Shown here one piece after another: positions 1-8,825 of a stretch of DNA of 64,000 nt (its first letter is position 1; every line of letters starts with the position of its first letter). Position numbers and translations under genes: made by a program. The stretch is from an uncultured Pseudomonadales bacterium (GTDB lineage Bacteria > Patescibacteriota > Microgenomatia > UBA1400 > UBA12108). Where the stretch lies: positions 15,209 to 79,208 of the forward strand of contig CAYGFS010000001.1 of NCBI GenBank assembly GCA_964349305.1, written 5' to 3'. The notes below the pieces were generated by a model. That model was not told where the DNA came from, did not search any database, and saw nothing but the letters and a program-made list of their open reading frames with translations.

Positions 1-1153
1 CGACAGTGGCATACTCTGGAGTGTTAATTTCGTCGACTAGACCAGTCAGGCCAGATGGAGCAGCTACGCGAGCCTGCATATTCAAAATTTTTCTGGCGGT
101 ATCACCCAAGCCATAGGTCAGCGCACCGCCACCCGTGAGGACAAGGCCAGCGGGAGTTTTGCCACCCATCCCGGCTTTGATCAGTTCAGATTTGATGAGC
201 TCAAAAATCTCGTTTAAACGGGGTCGCACGATTCCTTCCACAACTGCCTTGCGCGAGATTTTGCGCGGGGCGTCCTTGAGTCCGAGTTTGTGCAGATCTA
301 TTTCATCGGCTTGCTTTTTACTATTGACGTTTTTGGGGTCGAGTACTTTGGCGATCCGCTCATCCGGGGCCAAATTGCGTTTGATAAGCTCGGCAGAGTC
401 GAGTGAGACGCGCAGACCAATGGCGATATCATTGCTGATATTTTTGGCACCCACCGGAATCACGGCCGAGTGGGAGAGAGCCCCGTCAACGTAGACACAC
501 AAACTTGTAGTCCCCCCTCCAATATCGACCATGACCACCCCTAGTTCTTTTTCGGTGTCGTTTAAGGTAGCGACAGACGACGCCAGTCCGGCAAAAGTCA
601 CCGCGCGGGTGTCGACTCCGATTTCGCTCATGACTTTGCTCAAATTTTTGAGATTGACGGAAGAACCAGTGATGAGGTGAGCCTCGGCCTCGAGCCGGAC
701 TCCAGACATACCCACGGGGTCCTTGATCCCCTCTTGGTTGTCTACCAGGAAGAAGCGGGGGATGACATGGAGGATCTCTCTCTGGGGAGGGAGCGGGACG
801 GCTTTGGCGGCTTCGACCACGCGAGCGACGTCTTCACTCGAGATCTCGCCACCTTGATCTTGCACAGCAACTAGTCCTTTGGAGTTTTGTGATTCGATAT
901 GGAGGCCAGAGACTGAGACAGAGACGTCTTTGATAGAGAGTCCAGCCATGCGCTCGGCACTCTCGACGGCTTCGGTGACTGCTTCAATTGTGTCTTCGAT
1001 ATCGACGATTTGGCTTTTGCGGATACCTCGACTGGCCACACTGGCGACACCCACAACCCGGAGGGTACTATCTTCTTCACCTTTGACCGCAATTACGCAA
1101 GAAATTTTTGTCGAACCCAAATCGACCACAGAAAATTGGTTGGTTTTTTTCAT
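1..1153 (-). CDS. ftsA: cell division protein FtsA (actin-like ATPase); C-terminal end of gene runs off the window
   Basis: Minus-strand ATG at 1153..1151 gives MKKTNQFSVVDLGSTKISCVIAVKGEEDSTLRVVGVASV... Near coordinate 1 the same frame reads VLTGGGALTYGLGDTARKIL...PEYATV, typical FtsA C-terminal motifs. Absent from the ORF track because no stop codon lies inside the window. Confidence 0.85.
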   Translation of the reverse strand, partial: MKKTNQFSVVDLGSTKISCVIAVKGEEDSTLRVVGVASVASRGIRKSQIVDIEDTIEAVTEAVESAERMAGLSIKDVSVSVSGLHIESQNSKGLVAVQDQGGEISSEDVARVVEAAKAVPLPPQREILHVIPRFFLVDNQEGIKDPVGMSGVRLEAEAHLITGSSVNLKNLSKVMSEIGVDTRAVTFAGLASSVATLNDTEKELGVVMVDIGGGTTSLCVYVDGALSHSAVIPVGAKNISNDIAIGLRVSLDSAELIKRNLAPDERIAKVLDPKNVNSKKQADEIDLHKLGLKDAPRKISRKAVVEGIVRPRLNEIFELIKSELIKAGMGGKTPAGLVLTGGGALTYGLGDTARKILNMQARVAAPSGLTGLVDEINTPEYATV

Positions 1154-1156
1154 AAT

Positions 1157-1903
1157 TTATCTTAGCACAGGACGGCTAAAGCGCACATCAATAATCCGTG
1201 CACTCTCGCTAATTGTATCGTCGCTCAGGACCATCTGCAACAGGCGGAGCTGTTCGAGCTCGTCTTTTTTGGGAGTAAAAATGGCATTTTTACCGCCTTC
1301 GAGCGTGAGTTCGATGGTATTTTCGTCCATGAGAGTTAGCGATCTGATGGTAAAGAGCTCATCTGCCAGGCGCAACGCTAGTTTGAGTGAGGAGATCACC
1401 AGCGGATTGTCTGGAGTTTGGCCGATAATGACAGTCAGTGGACCAGGGACGATAACAGTCGGGACGTTGGGATCGGCAGACCTCGTAGCAATCACGCGGA
1501 AGCGATCGTCCATGACCACCCAGTTGGAGTCCCCCACAATTTGGAGAGCGACTACAGGATAAATGGACTGGAGGTTGACTGTGAGTGTGCCAGGCAAGGC
1601 GCGCTCGATCTTGACGTTTCTGATCGTAAAGTCGCCAGAAGTTAGGCGGGTAGTAATACTTTTAGTATCCAACGAGAAGATATTTTGCCCTTTGAGTTTG
1701 TCGAGCTCGGCCAACAAGACTGGGCTCTGACAATCCTGAAAGTCGAGTTTGCAGGTGATGGTATTGACTGCAAAAACAGGTGAGTAAAGCGTGAAGTAAC
1801 CCAGAAATAATACTCCCAGACAAATAAGCGCTGGCAAAATAAAGTCGGCAGTAATCACGAGATATTTGGATCTGGTAGGACGGAAAACTGGGGCTGTATC
1901 CAT
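1157..1903 (-). CDS. ftsQ: cell division protein FtsQ/DivIB (N-terminal TM segment + POTRA-like region)
   Basis: 248-aa ORF with one N-terminal TM helix, located between murG and ftsA as in canonical dcw clusters. Confidence 0.65.
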   Translation of the reverse strand: MDTAPVFRPTRSKYLVITADFILPALICLGVLFLGYFTLYSPVFAVNTITCKLDFQDCQSPVLLAELDKLKGQNIFSLDTKSITTRLTSGDFTIRNVKIERALPGTLTVNLQSIYPVVALQIVGDSNWVVMDDRFRVIATRSADPNVPTVIVPGPLTVIIGQTPDNPLVISSLKLALRLADELFTIRSLTLMDENTIELTLEGGKNAIFTPKKDELEQLRLLQMVLSDDTISESARIIDVRFSRPVLR

Positions 1904-1906
1904 ATA

Positions 1907-2971
1907 TTATTTTAAATCGTCTAAAAGATCGTCAACGAGGATTTTGGCGGCATTACTGGGGAGCTTCAAGGGCTTGGGTTTGAGTCCACGGACTACTTTT
2001 ACTGCTGAGATAAATTGGGCATGACTAAGCTCGCTTTGGGGCAAAATTACTCCCTGTTTGGCTTTGACTAAGATCTCGGCATTTTTATGTTGTTCGTGAT
2101 CGTGAGTAGACATAAGTGGGACTAGAATGCTTGGCAGCATAGTGACCGTCAGCTCGTAGGTGATATGGGCACCGGAGCGGCCAAAGTAGAGGTCGGTACT
2201 ATGGATATAAGTACCTATTTCACTTTCGCTGATATAGCCCACGGGGAGATATGAGTCGGCGAGGCTACCGAGGCTATTTTGGAGGGAGAGGGCGAGCTCG
2301 TAGTCGTGAGTAACTGAGCTCGTACCAGTCTGGTGGAGAATGTTAAACTCGGATATAAGCGCGCCTAGATGATTAAAAACAAATTGATTGATCACGTGAG
2401 CTCCCTGCTTCCCACCCATGATGAGTAAAGTGGGGCGGCGGCGGGTGAAAAATGATTTGGGCTTGGCACTCAGGATACCCTCCCGCAGCGGTAAGCCGAC
2501 TGCTTTCACTTTGACTCTGTCAAAATATTTGGCTGACTGAGCCCAAGTTAGGTACACCCTTCGCGCTAAGGCGCCAATCATTTTATTAGCGCGCCCGGCG
2601 GTAACGGTTTGCTCGTGGAGATAAATAGGGATACCCAGGGTTTTACCCGCGAGTGAAACTGTCCCGCCGAGATAGCCGCCAAAACTGAGGATGGCGGTAG
2701 GGCGGATTTTTTGCAATAAAGTAATCGTTTGGGCGAGGCCGCGCGGGAAGCGGATAAACTCGCGAATATCGAGCACTAGTCTGGCTGCAATCAGATCGTG
2801 AAAGGGGATTCCCGCCGCTTTGACTTCGATATATTCGGCACTATCGATGGTGTCTCCCCGACTGCTTTGGCGATGACCCAACCAAACAACCTGGTGTCCG
2901 CGGCTCATGAGTTCTTTGGCTACTACGAGGGCAGAGTTGTGGTGTCCGCCGGTAATGACAATTGTGTGCAT
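1907..2971 (-). CDS. murG: UDP-GlcNAc:MurNAc-pentapeptide-undecaprenol GlcNAc transferase MurG
   Basis: 354 aa starting MHTIVITGGHHNSALVVAKEL, GT28 fold motifs, canonical position after ftsW. Confidence 0.85.
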   Translation of the reverse strand: MHTIVITGGHHNSALVVAKELMSRGHQVVWLGHRQSSRGDTIDSAEYIEVKAAGIPFHDLIAARLVLDIREFIRFPRGLAQTITLLQKIRPTAILSFGGYLGGTVSLAGKTLGIPIYLHEQTVTAGRANKMIGALARRVYLTWAQSAKYFDRVKVKAVGLPLREGILSAKPKSFFTRRRPTLLIMGGKQGAHVINQFVFNHLGALISEFNILHQTGTSSVTHDYELALSLQNSLGSLADSYLPVGYISESEIGTYIHSTDLYFGRSGAHITYELTVTMLPSILVPLMSTHDHEQHKNAEILVKAKQGVILPQSELSHAQFISAVKVVRGLKPKPLKLPSNAAKILVDDLLDDLK

Positions 2972-2980
2972 AGCTTAATT

Positions 2981-4060
2981 CTAACCTTTTTGGTGGCGGG
3001 CGACGGAGAGGATGAGACCGACGCCGCCAAGCATAGTAATGAGAGCACTCCCGCCATAGGAAACGAGTGGGAGCGGGACGCCGGTCAAGGGAGTCAGGGC
3101 TACCATGGCTGCCAAATTGAGACAGACTTGAATACCGATCCAAGCTCCAATACCCGCAACCATAGTGGCGGCAAATTTATCTTTTTCGGCTGTCGCCACT
3201 TTAAAAATAAGCGATAAGTAATACAAAAAAGAGAGTATCAGGAGGGTCCCCCCGATAAAACCCAACTCCTCCCCTACGACTGCAAAAATAGAGTCGGTGG
3301 TAGCCTCTGGTAAGTAGGCATATTTTTGGCGGGAGCGGCCGATACCAAGACCAGAGACACCGCCAGAACCAAGCGATAACAGGACTTGGCGGATATGGTA
3401 AGAACTACCTTGGGTATCATGCAGGGGATCGAGAAAAGTTTTGACGCGCTCGAGGCGATAAGGGGCAGAGATTATGAGAATCGACCCAATGGTAAGTCCG
3501 ATCCCTCCGATAACCAGTAAATGCTTGACCGGATAGCCGGAAAGAAAGTAGAGGGTGACTGCCAAAATGGTGACTACGAGCGTCGTACCCATGTCGGGCT
3601 GGAGCATGATGAGCCCAGCTGTCAAAGCGATAAAGAACCCAAACTGGGGCAAACTAATTTTGCGTGCGTGCAACCAGGAGGAGAGATAGACTACTTCGAT
3701 TGCCTTGATTAGCTCAGATGGCTGGAGGGTCAGGCCGGGCAGGACGAGCCAGCGTCTAGCACCCTGAACCTTGGTACCAATCCCGGGGATCACGACTAAA
3801 AAAAGGAGGAGAAGTCCAACAATCATCATTAGAGGAGCAAGTTTTTCCCACGCTTTGGGGGGTATGAAGCTGGTCGCAATCATACCCAGAATTCCGACCC
3901 CTGCCCACTTGAGCTGAAGCTGCACAAAATACCATTTGTTGCCAAAATCGCGGGCACCTTCGGCGACACTCGCACTGTAAATCATAATCAGCCCAAATCC
4001 CAGCAAAATAATGGTCATAATAATAATGCGAGAAATAAGGGAAACGTGAATTTTGCGCAT
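2981..4060 (-). CDS. ftsW: SEDS-family peptidoglycan glycosyltransferase FtsW
   Basis: 359 aa polytopic membrane protein, FtsW/RodA family. Called FtsW from its position between murD and murG. Confidence 0.8.
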   Translation of the reverse strand: MRKIHVSLISRIIIMTIILLGFGLIMIYSASVAEGARDFGNKWYFVQLQLKWAGVGILGMIATSFIPPKAWEKLAPLMMIVGLLLLFLVVIPGIGTKVQGARRWLVLPGLTLQPSELIKAIEVVYLSSWLHARKISLPQFGFFIALTAGLIMLQPDMGTTLVVTILAVTLYFLSGYPVKHLLVIGGIGLTIGSILIISAPYRLERVKTFLDPLHDTQGSSYHIRQVLLSLGSGGVSGLGIGRSRQKYAYLPEATTDSIFAVVGEELGFIGGTLLILSFLYYLSLIFKVATAEKDKFAATMVAGIGAWIGIQVCLNLAAMVALTPLTGVPLPLVSYGGSALITMLGGVGLILSVARHQKG

Positions 4061-4078
4061 AATTTTAGACGTAAGACG

Positions 4079-5368
4079 CTAGATGCTAGACGCTAGTTTA
4101 CGAACAATATTGTTAAATTGGTCACCGCGATCAAATTCGTTTTTGAACAAATCAAATGAGGCAAAGCCGGGGGAAAGTAATACCGAGTCACCGGTGGTGG
4201 CTGACTGACTCGCTAGTTTGACTGCTTCCTGCATACTCGTAGCCGTGCCAATGATTTTGTCGCCGGCCACTTCCTGGATTTTGGCAATGTAGTCAGGAAT
4301 ATTTTGCGAGCCAAGAATAATTATTTTCTTTAAATTTGGATTAATTTTGACTTCAGCGATTAGCTCTTCGTAGGGTAGATTTTTGGTGTCACCGCCAGTA
4401 ATCCAGACGGTAGGGGCAGCCGCGGCCTGCAGTGCTTTGATCGCGGCAACCGGGGTGGTCGAGGTGGTGTCATTGATGTAGGTGACTCCGCCAACTACCG
4501 CTATCGTCTCCTGACGTGAGGGAACTCCTTTAAAATCCGCGATGACCTGCTTGACCAAAGTAGAATCCAGCTGCAGGACTTGGGCCAAAGCGGCGGCGGC
4601 GGCGATATTTTCTCGGTTGTGTAAACCCGGAAGTGGTGTAGTAAAAGTAGTCACATCCGATGCCGAGTAGGCAATTTTTTGGCCGGAAGAACCCCCTGAG
4701 ATGGCGAGTGATCCTGGGTTGTCGCGGTTGAACACGGTCACATCGGTCGAGTGCTGGTATGCGACGATTGCCTCTTTGTCGTGCTGGTACGCCAGCATAT
4801 CTGGATAGCGATTGAGATGATCGGGATAGAGATTGGTAATAACCGCAATACCGGGACTGACCTGGAGGTCGTGAAAATTGTGCAGCTGGAACGAAGAAAG
4901 TTCAAGGACTGCGTACTTTTTGTTTTCGAGTTGATCAAACAGAGACAGACAAGAAGTGCCCGCGATGTTGCCACCACTGATAATCTTGCCTGGATAAGCG
5001 GTTTCGAGGATGGCAGTAATTAGAGCAACTGTCGTAGATTTACCCCGAGTACCGGTTACGCCAATGGTTTTAATACCGCAATATTTAACAAAGACGGCGA
5101 TACTAGTCAGGACTGTTTTCCCCAGTGACATTGCATAGACAATTAGTTCATGACCATCGGGAACCCCGGGGTTTTTGATAAGAATATCTGCCCAATCTAC
5201 TTGCTCTTTGGTCTGTCCCTCCTGGACAAGCATGGTGTCTTTGTCAGAAAGTCGGACTATGGCCCCGTGCTTCTCGAGCCACAAGGCGTCCCCTGTCCCC
5301 CCTCCCTGCCTACCCAGGCCAAAAACAAGAACTCTTTTATCTTTGATCTCCTCTATAAATCTGTTCAT
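4079..5368 (-). CDS. murD: UDP-N-acetylmuramoylalanine--D-glutamate ligase MurD
   Basis: Mur ligase motifs (GVTGTRGKST). Start moved to the internal ATG (MNRFIEEIKDKRVLVFGLG); the 40-aa extension in the track overlaps murI and uses a non-ATG start. Confidence 0.8.
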   Translation of the reverse strand: MNRFIEEIKDKRVLVFGLGRQGGGTGDALWLEKHGAIVRLSDKDTMLVQEGQTKEQVDWADILIKNPGVPDGHELIVYAMSLGKTVLTSIAVFVKYCGIKTIGVTGTRGKSTTVALITAILETAYPGKIISGGNIAGTSCLSLFDQLENKKYAVLELSSFQLHNFHDLQVSPGIAVITNLYPDHLNRYPDMLAYQHDKEAIVAYQHSTDVTVFNRDNPGSLAISGGSSGQKIAYSASDVTTFTTPLPGLHNRENIAAAAALAQVLQLDSTLVKQVIADFKGVPSRQETIAVVGGVTYINDTTSTTPVAAIKALQAAAAPTVWITGGDTKNLPYEELIAEVKINPNLKKIIILGSQNIPDYIAKIQEVAGDKIIGTATSMQEAVKLASQSATTGDSVLLSPGFASFDLFKNEFDRGDQFNNIVRKLASSI

Positions 5369-5370
5369 AA

Positions 5371-6015
5371 CTACTTTAATCTTAACACTCTCATGACTTC
5401 TCTGACGACCGCGGCTGATGGGTCGATAAAGATGACCTTTGGCATGGCAGCGCGGAGAGCATTCAGAATGAGTGGGTAGTGAGTGCACGAAAGTCCAATG
5501 GCTTCGATTTTTTGCTTTTGCACAATGTTTTTGATCTCGTGAATATTCTTTTTCACTTGATCATAATCATTGAACTCTATGGCAAGAGCTAATCCTTTGG
5601 GTGTATAAACCTGAATATGTTTCCCGTATTGAGTAAGCAGTTTGGCGGTGGTAGTTGAGTCGGCGGTCGACTGAGTCATGAGGGCCAAAGCTGATTTGTA
5701 GATAGCTAAGGGTTTGATGACCGGTTCTACCCCGACCACAGGACAGCTGAGGTCGCTCCGGAGCTGGGTAATAATATTGGTGGTGGCGGTATTACAAGCT
5801 AGAACTAGCAACTTGGGATCCAAGGTTTTAAAGTCTGCTGCCAGCTGGGTGAAGCGCTGAGACAACCAGGCTGAGCTTTTGTCACCATAGGGGAAGTGAG
5901 CCGGATCGGAATAATAAACGATATTCTCTTTAGGTAAAACTTGTTTCAGTGGACGATAAATGCTCAGTCCGCCGATACCGGAGTCAAAGACAATAATTGG
6001 CCGGAGAGTACTCAT
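5371..6015 (-). CDS. murI: glutamate racemase MurI
   Basis: IVFDSGIGGLS signature near the N-terminus and a C-terminal cysteine motif (GLSCTHYP). Start set at MSTLRPIIVFDSGIGG; the longer track ORF overlaps mraY. Confidence 0.8.
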   Translation of the reverse strand: MSTLRPIIVFDSGIGGLSIYRPLKQVLPKENIVYYSDPAHFPYGDKSSAWLSQRFTQLAADFKTLDPKLLVLACNTATTNIITQLRSDLSCPVVGVEPVIKPLAIYKSALALMTQSTADSTTTAKLLTQYGKHIQVYTPKGLALAIEFNDYDQVKKNIHEIKNIVQKQKIEAIGLSCTHYPLILNALRAAMPKVIFIDPSAAVVREVMRVLRLK

Positions 6016-7043
6016 TACAAAAATGCTAGCCAGAGTCCAAGTAATGCCAGGATGATGGCGGCCAGCCATGCTCGGGTCACAATTTTGGGTTCCTCCCAGC
6101 CGATAGATTGCAGCCAGAGATGAACGGGCGAGAGTGGTAAGAGACGTCTACCGAGGTAGCGTTTACCAAACATTTGCAGCAAGCTAGAACAAATTTCGAG
6201 TACAAACAAACCCCCAATAATGGTGACCGCAATAATTTTGCCTAGCAAGAGCCCAATGACAGCGAGGGTGGCACCAAACGACAAGGCTCCCACATCCCCC
6301 ATCGTGATACGAGCAGGGTAAGTATTAAAGTAAAGAAAAGCTAAAATACCGCCCAACCACAGGGAGATAAAGAGCGTAATGGGAGTATCTAAAATAGAGG
6401 TGGCGAGGATAATCAGGGCAAACAAGGTAATCATGAGCAGTCCGCCCGCAAGACCGTCGAGTCCGTCAGTAATATTGACGGCGTTGCTAAAGGCAACAAT
6501 GATAAATGAGGAGAATGGGACAAAAAACCACCCTAGATTGATGACCCCAAAATAAGGCAAGTTGATAATACTGATCCCAAGTACGCGATAAAGATACCAA
6601 CCAATCCCAAGCCCAATCAAGGTCTGCACAATGAGTTTGAACCGCCAGGAAACCCCGACCAGGTGGGAGCTTTTGCCGAAAAACTTGATGATGTCGTCGT
6701 ATAAACCGAGTAGTCCAAATAAAATAAAAGTGGCAAATATAACATTGATTTCACCCCGATAATTGTAAACACTTTGGATATCGGCTCCGACTAATCTGAG
6801 CATGGCCATGACGAGCGCAAACAAGACAACGGTCGTCACAATGATGAGCAGGCCGCCGCCTACGGGCACCCCAGCTTTCTTTTTGTGGAGCTTGTTAAAG
6901 ATTGAGTTGACCGTCCCCATAAAATCGGCGGTTCCCCTGCCCGGCCGCTGGAATTTGAGGCTATAAAGCAAGTTGATAAAGGGAACAATCAGCGCGGCGT
7001 TGATGGTGAATGAAAAGAGGAGGAAGCCCAATAAATTGTTCAT
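6015..7043 (-). CDS. mraY: phospho-N-acetylmuramoyl-pentapeptide transferase MraY
   Basis: 342 aa polytopic membrane protein of the MraY/WecA family, in dcw context. Confidence 0.85.
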   Translation of the reverse strand: MNNLLGFLLFSFTINAALIVPFINLLYSLKFQRPGRGTADFMGTVNSIFNKLHKKKAGVPVGGGLLIIVTTVVLFALVMAMLRLVGADIQSVYNYRGEINVIFATFILFGLLGLYDDIIKFFGKSSHLVGVSWRFKLIVQTLIGLGIGWYLYRVLGISIINLPYFGVINLGWFFVPFSSFIIVAFSNAVNITDGLDGLAGGLLMITLFALIILATSILDTPITLFISLWLGGILAFLYFNTYPARITMGDVGALSFGATLAVIGLLLGKIIAVTIIGGLFVLEICSSLLQMFGKRYLGRRLLPLSPVHLWLQSIGWEEPKIVTRAWLAAIILALLGLWLAFL

Positions 7044-7387
7044 ATTAGCTTGGGAATAAAAACTACTAAACCAATGAGAGCAGCAAATATCGCTGAAATA
7101 AGTACAGCCCCAGCCGATACATCCTTCGCTCTTTTAATATTCTCGCTGTGTTCGAGCGTGACGGCGTCACATAAAAATTCGATAGAAGTATTGATCATCT
7201 CAGCCAACATGACGATTGAGATGGCGACCAGGAGATCTAAAATATGATCAAGGTCTATTTTGAGGTAGACAGCGGCAAAAATGACTAGCGAGGCGACGGC
7301 AAAGTGAATGCGGATATTGGCTTGGGTGGCAATAGCAGTCCAGATACCCCGAAAGGCATTTTGAAAGGAGATGGTGTGCTTTGACAT
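7040..7387 (-). CDS. dgkA: diacylglycerol kinase / undecaprenol kinase family protein (DgkA)
   Basis: 115 aa, three TM helices, DgkA motifs (EMINTSIE...). Embedded in the dcw operon. Confidence 0.7.
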   Translation of the reverse strand: MSKHTISFQNAFRGIWTAIATQANIRIHFAVASLVIFAAVYLKIDLDHILDLLVAISIVMLAEMINTSIEFLCDAVTLEHSENIKRAKDVSAGAVLISAIFAALIGLVVFIPKLI

Positions 7388-7411
7388 ATGACTATAATAT
7401 CACGCTTGTTG

Positions 7412-7489
7412 CCTGCAAGGACTGTCCTTGAAGCTGCCGCTTCGCCCTTCTCGGCTTGCAGCCGGGAATTCCTTTTAAGGACAGTCCTT
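7412..7489. repeat. structured palindromic element in the murA-dgkA spacer: CCTGCAAGG-led unit, palindromic 13-mers AAGGACTGTCCTT (7417-7429) and AAGGACAGTCCTT (7477-7489) flanking a GC-rich inner hairpin (GCTGCCGC..GCTTGCAGC)
   Basis: Direct reading: the two 13-mers are reverse complements of each other and each is self-complementary. The 3' copy overlaps the last codons and stop of murA. No T-tract follows, so this is not a classic intrinsic terminator. Confidence 0.6.
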
Positions 7490-8801
7490 AAATACGACGA
7501 ATATTTGCTGATAAATTCTGTAATCGCTCGTCGAAGCGTTCGTAGCCGCGATCGATTAGCTCAACGTTGTCGATCACAGACTCTCCCGTGGCCAAGATCG
7601 CAGCCATCACTAAAGTAGCACCGCCGCGAAGGTCTGGCACAGTCATGTGGGATCCGCGCAGAGGTGTGGGGCCCGTGACTTTGACGGCGTGGGGATAACT
7701 GGTAATTTCGGGATAGTTAAAATCGTAGAACTTTTCTGGGTTAACAGGTGAGGGATCGTAATACTCGATTTTGGCTCCCATCGCATTTAAATCTTTGGCA
7801 AATGCCAGGCGATGCTGGGTGACTGTTTCGACGATCTTGGATATACCTTGAGCTTGGGTCATCATAGTAGTCCAGAGTGGCTGCCAATCGGTCATGAAAC
7901 CGGGTTCAGGCGCAGTGGTGAGGTCGGCCGCAACCAAAGGTTTTTCATAATAAAAACGAATACCATAATCGGCAATGTCGTATTTACCGCCGATCTCGTC
8001 TAGCTTGGAGAGAAATGCCGTCAGATGGGCAGGGTTGGCACCCTCAACAATAATATCTCCGCGGGTAGCAATAGCCATCGTAGCGTAGGAAACGGCTTCA
8101 TTACGATCTGGCATGACAAAGTGGGTCGCGCCGTGGAGTTGGTTTACGCCGACGATCTCGACGTTGTCCCCTACTCTTTTGACTGATCCACCCATTTTGT
8201 TAAAGAATTCGATGAGATCATCAATTTCTGGTTCGTGGGCAGCATTCTCAATCACCGTTTTACCTTTGGCCAAGACAGCCGCGATAATGAGCGCTTCTGT
8301 TCCAGTGTGAGATTTTTTTTCAAAGCGATAGGTGGCGCCACGCAAACCATTCTCGGCGATCATTTGGATACCCTGGTCATCGCAAATAACGGTAGCTCCC
8401 ATAGCACGGAATCCGTCCAAGTGGCGGTCAATGGGGCGCTCTCCCAGAGCGCACCCGCCAGGGAGCGGGATAATGGCACGGCCTTTTTTGTTGAGGAGTA
8501 AACCGGCAAAGAGGGTGGCAGCCCGCGTCTTTTGCCCGGTGAAACTAGGGATTGTGTCGGTGGATAAACCATTACCCACAATATAGACCGTGTTATCTCC
8601 TGGCCGAGAGCATTTTACGCCGATGGCGTTTAGGGTTTGATAAGTTACGTCCACATCGCCGATTTGACTCATGTTGAGGAGACGCGATTCCCCGACCCCA
8701 CAGGCAGCCGCGATCATTAGCTTGAAACTAGCATTTTTGGCTCCTCCCAGACGAACTGCGCCTTTGAGGGGGGTACCGCCAATGATCTTAAAACTTGTCA
8801 T
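7488..8801 (-). CDS. murA: UDP-N-acetylglucosamine 1-carboxyvinyltransferase MurA
   Basis: 437 aa, MTSFKIIGGTPLKGAVRLGGAKNA... EPSP-synthase fold, catalytic Cys region (GGCALG). Confidence 0.9.
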   Translation of the reverse strand: MTSFKIIGGTPLKGAVRLGGAKNASFKLMIAAACGVGESRLLNMSQIGDVDVTYQTLNAIGVKCSRPGDNTVYIVGNGLSTDTIPSFTGQKTRAATLFAGLLLNKKGRAIIPLPGGCALGERPIDRHLDGFRAMGATVICDDQGIQMIAENGLRGATYRFEKKSHTGTEALIIAAVLAKGKTVIENAAHEPEIDDLIEFFNKMGGSVKRVGDNVEIVGVNQLHGATHFVMPDRNEAVSYATMAIATRGDIIVEGANPAHLTAFLSKLDEIGGKYDIADYGIRFYYEKPLVAADLTTAPEPGFMTDWQPLWTTMMTQAQGISKIVETVTQHRLAFAKDLNAMGAKIEYYDPSPVNPEKFYDFNYPEITSYPHAVKVTGPTPLRGSHMTVPDLRGGATLVMAAILATGESVIDNVELIDRGYERFDERLQNLSANIRRI

Positions 8802-8825
8802 GCGAACTAATTCTAACTGAGAAAA

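Noticed and set aside
135-1562. Plus-strand ORFs 135..494, 677..874, 879..1562 and many similar plus-strand ORFs across 1-38 kb (for example 2798..3217, 4751..5023, 8113..8586, 14553..14999)
   Set aside because: They lie antisense to well-supported minus-strand genes (ftsA, ftsQ, murG, murD, murA, ftsI and others), have no recognisable protein features, and several start with GTG/TTG rendered as M by the ORF caller. They are shadow ORFs of the GC-rich coding strand.
4061-4100. Short direct repeat AGACGCTAG..AGACGCTAG at the ftsW/murD junction, considered as a possible CRISPR or tandem repeat
   Set aside because: Only two 9-bp units, overlapping the murD 3' coding end. There is no array, no regular spacers and no cas genes in the window.
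5369-5488. Long N-terminal extensions in the ORF track (murD to 5488, murI to 6069, murE to 13380, GlmU-like to 12047, GT4 to 35858, GNAT to 62917)
   Set aside because: The extensions overlap the preceding gene in the operon, lack conserved residues, and in several cases begin at non-ATG codons. Internal ATG starts that align with family N-termini (MNRF.., MSTLRPIIVFDSGIGG, MKIKR.., MIYD.., MKRLQIGID.., MIVTASL..) were preferred.
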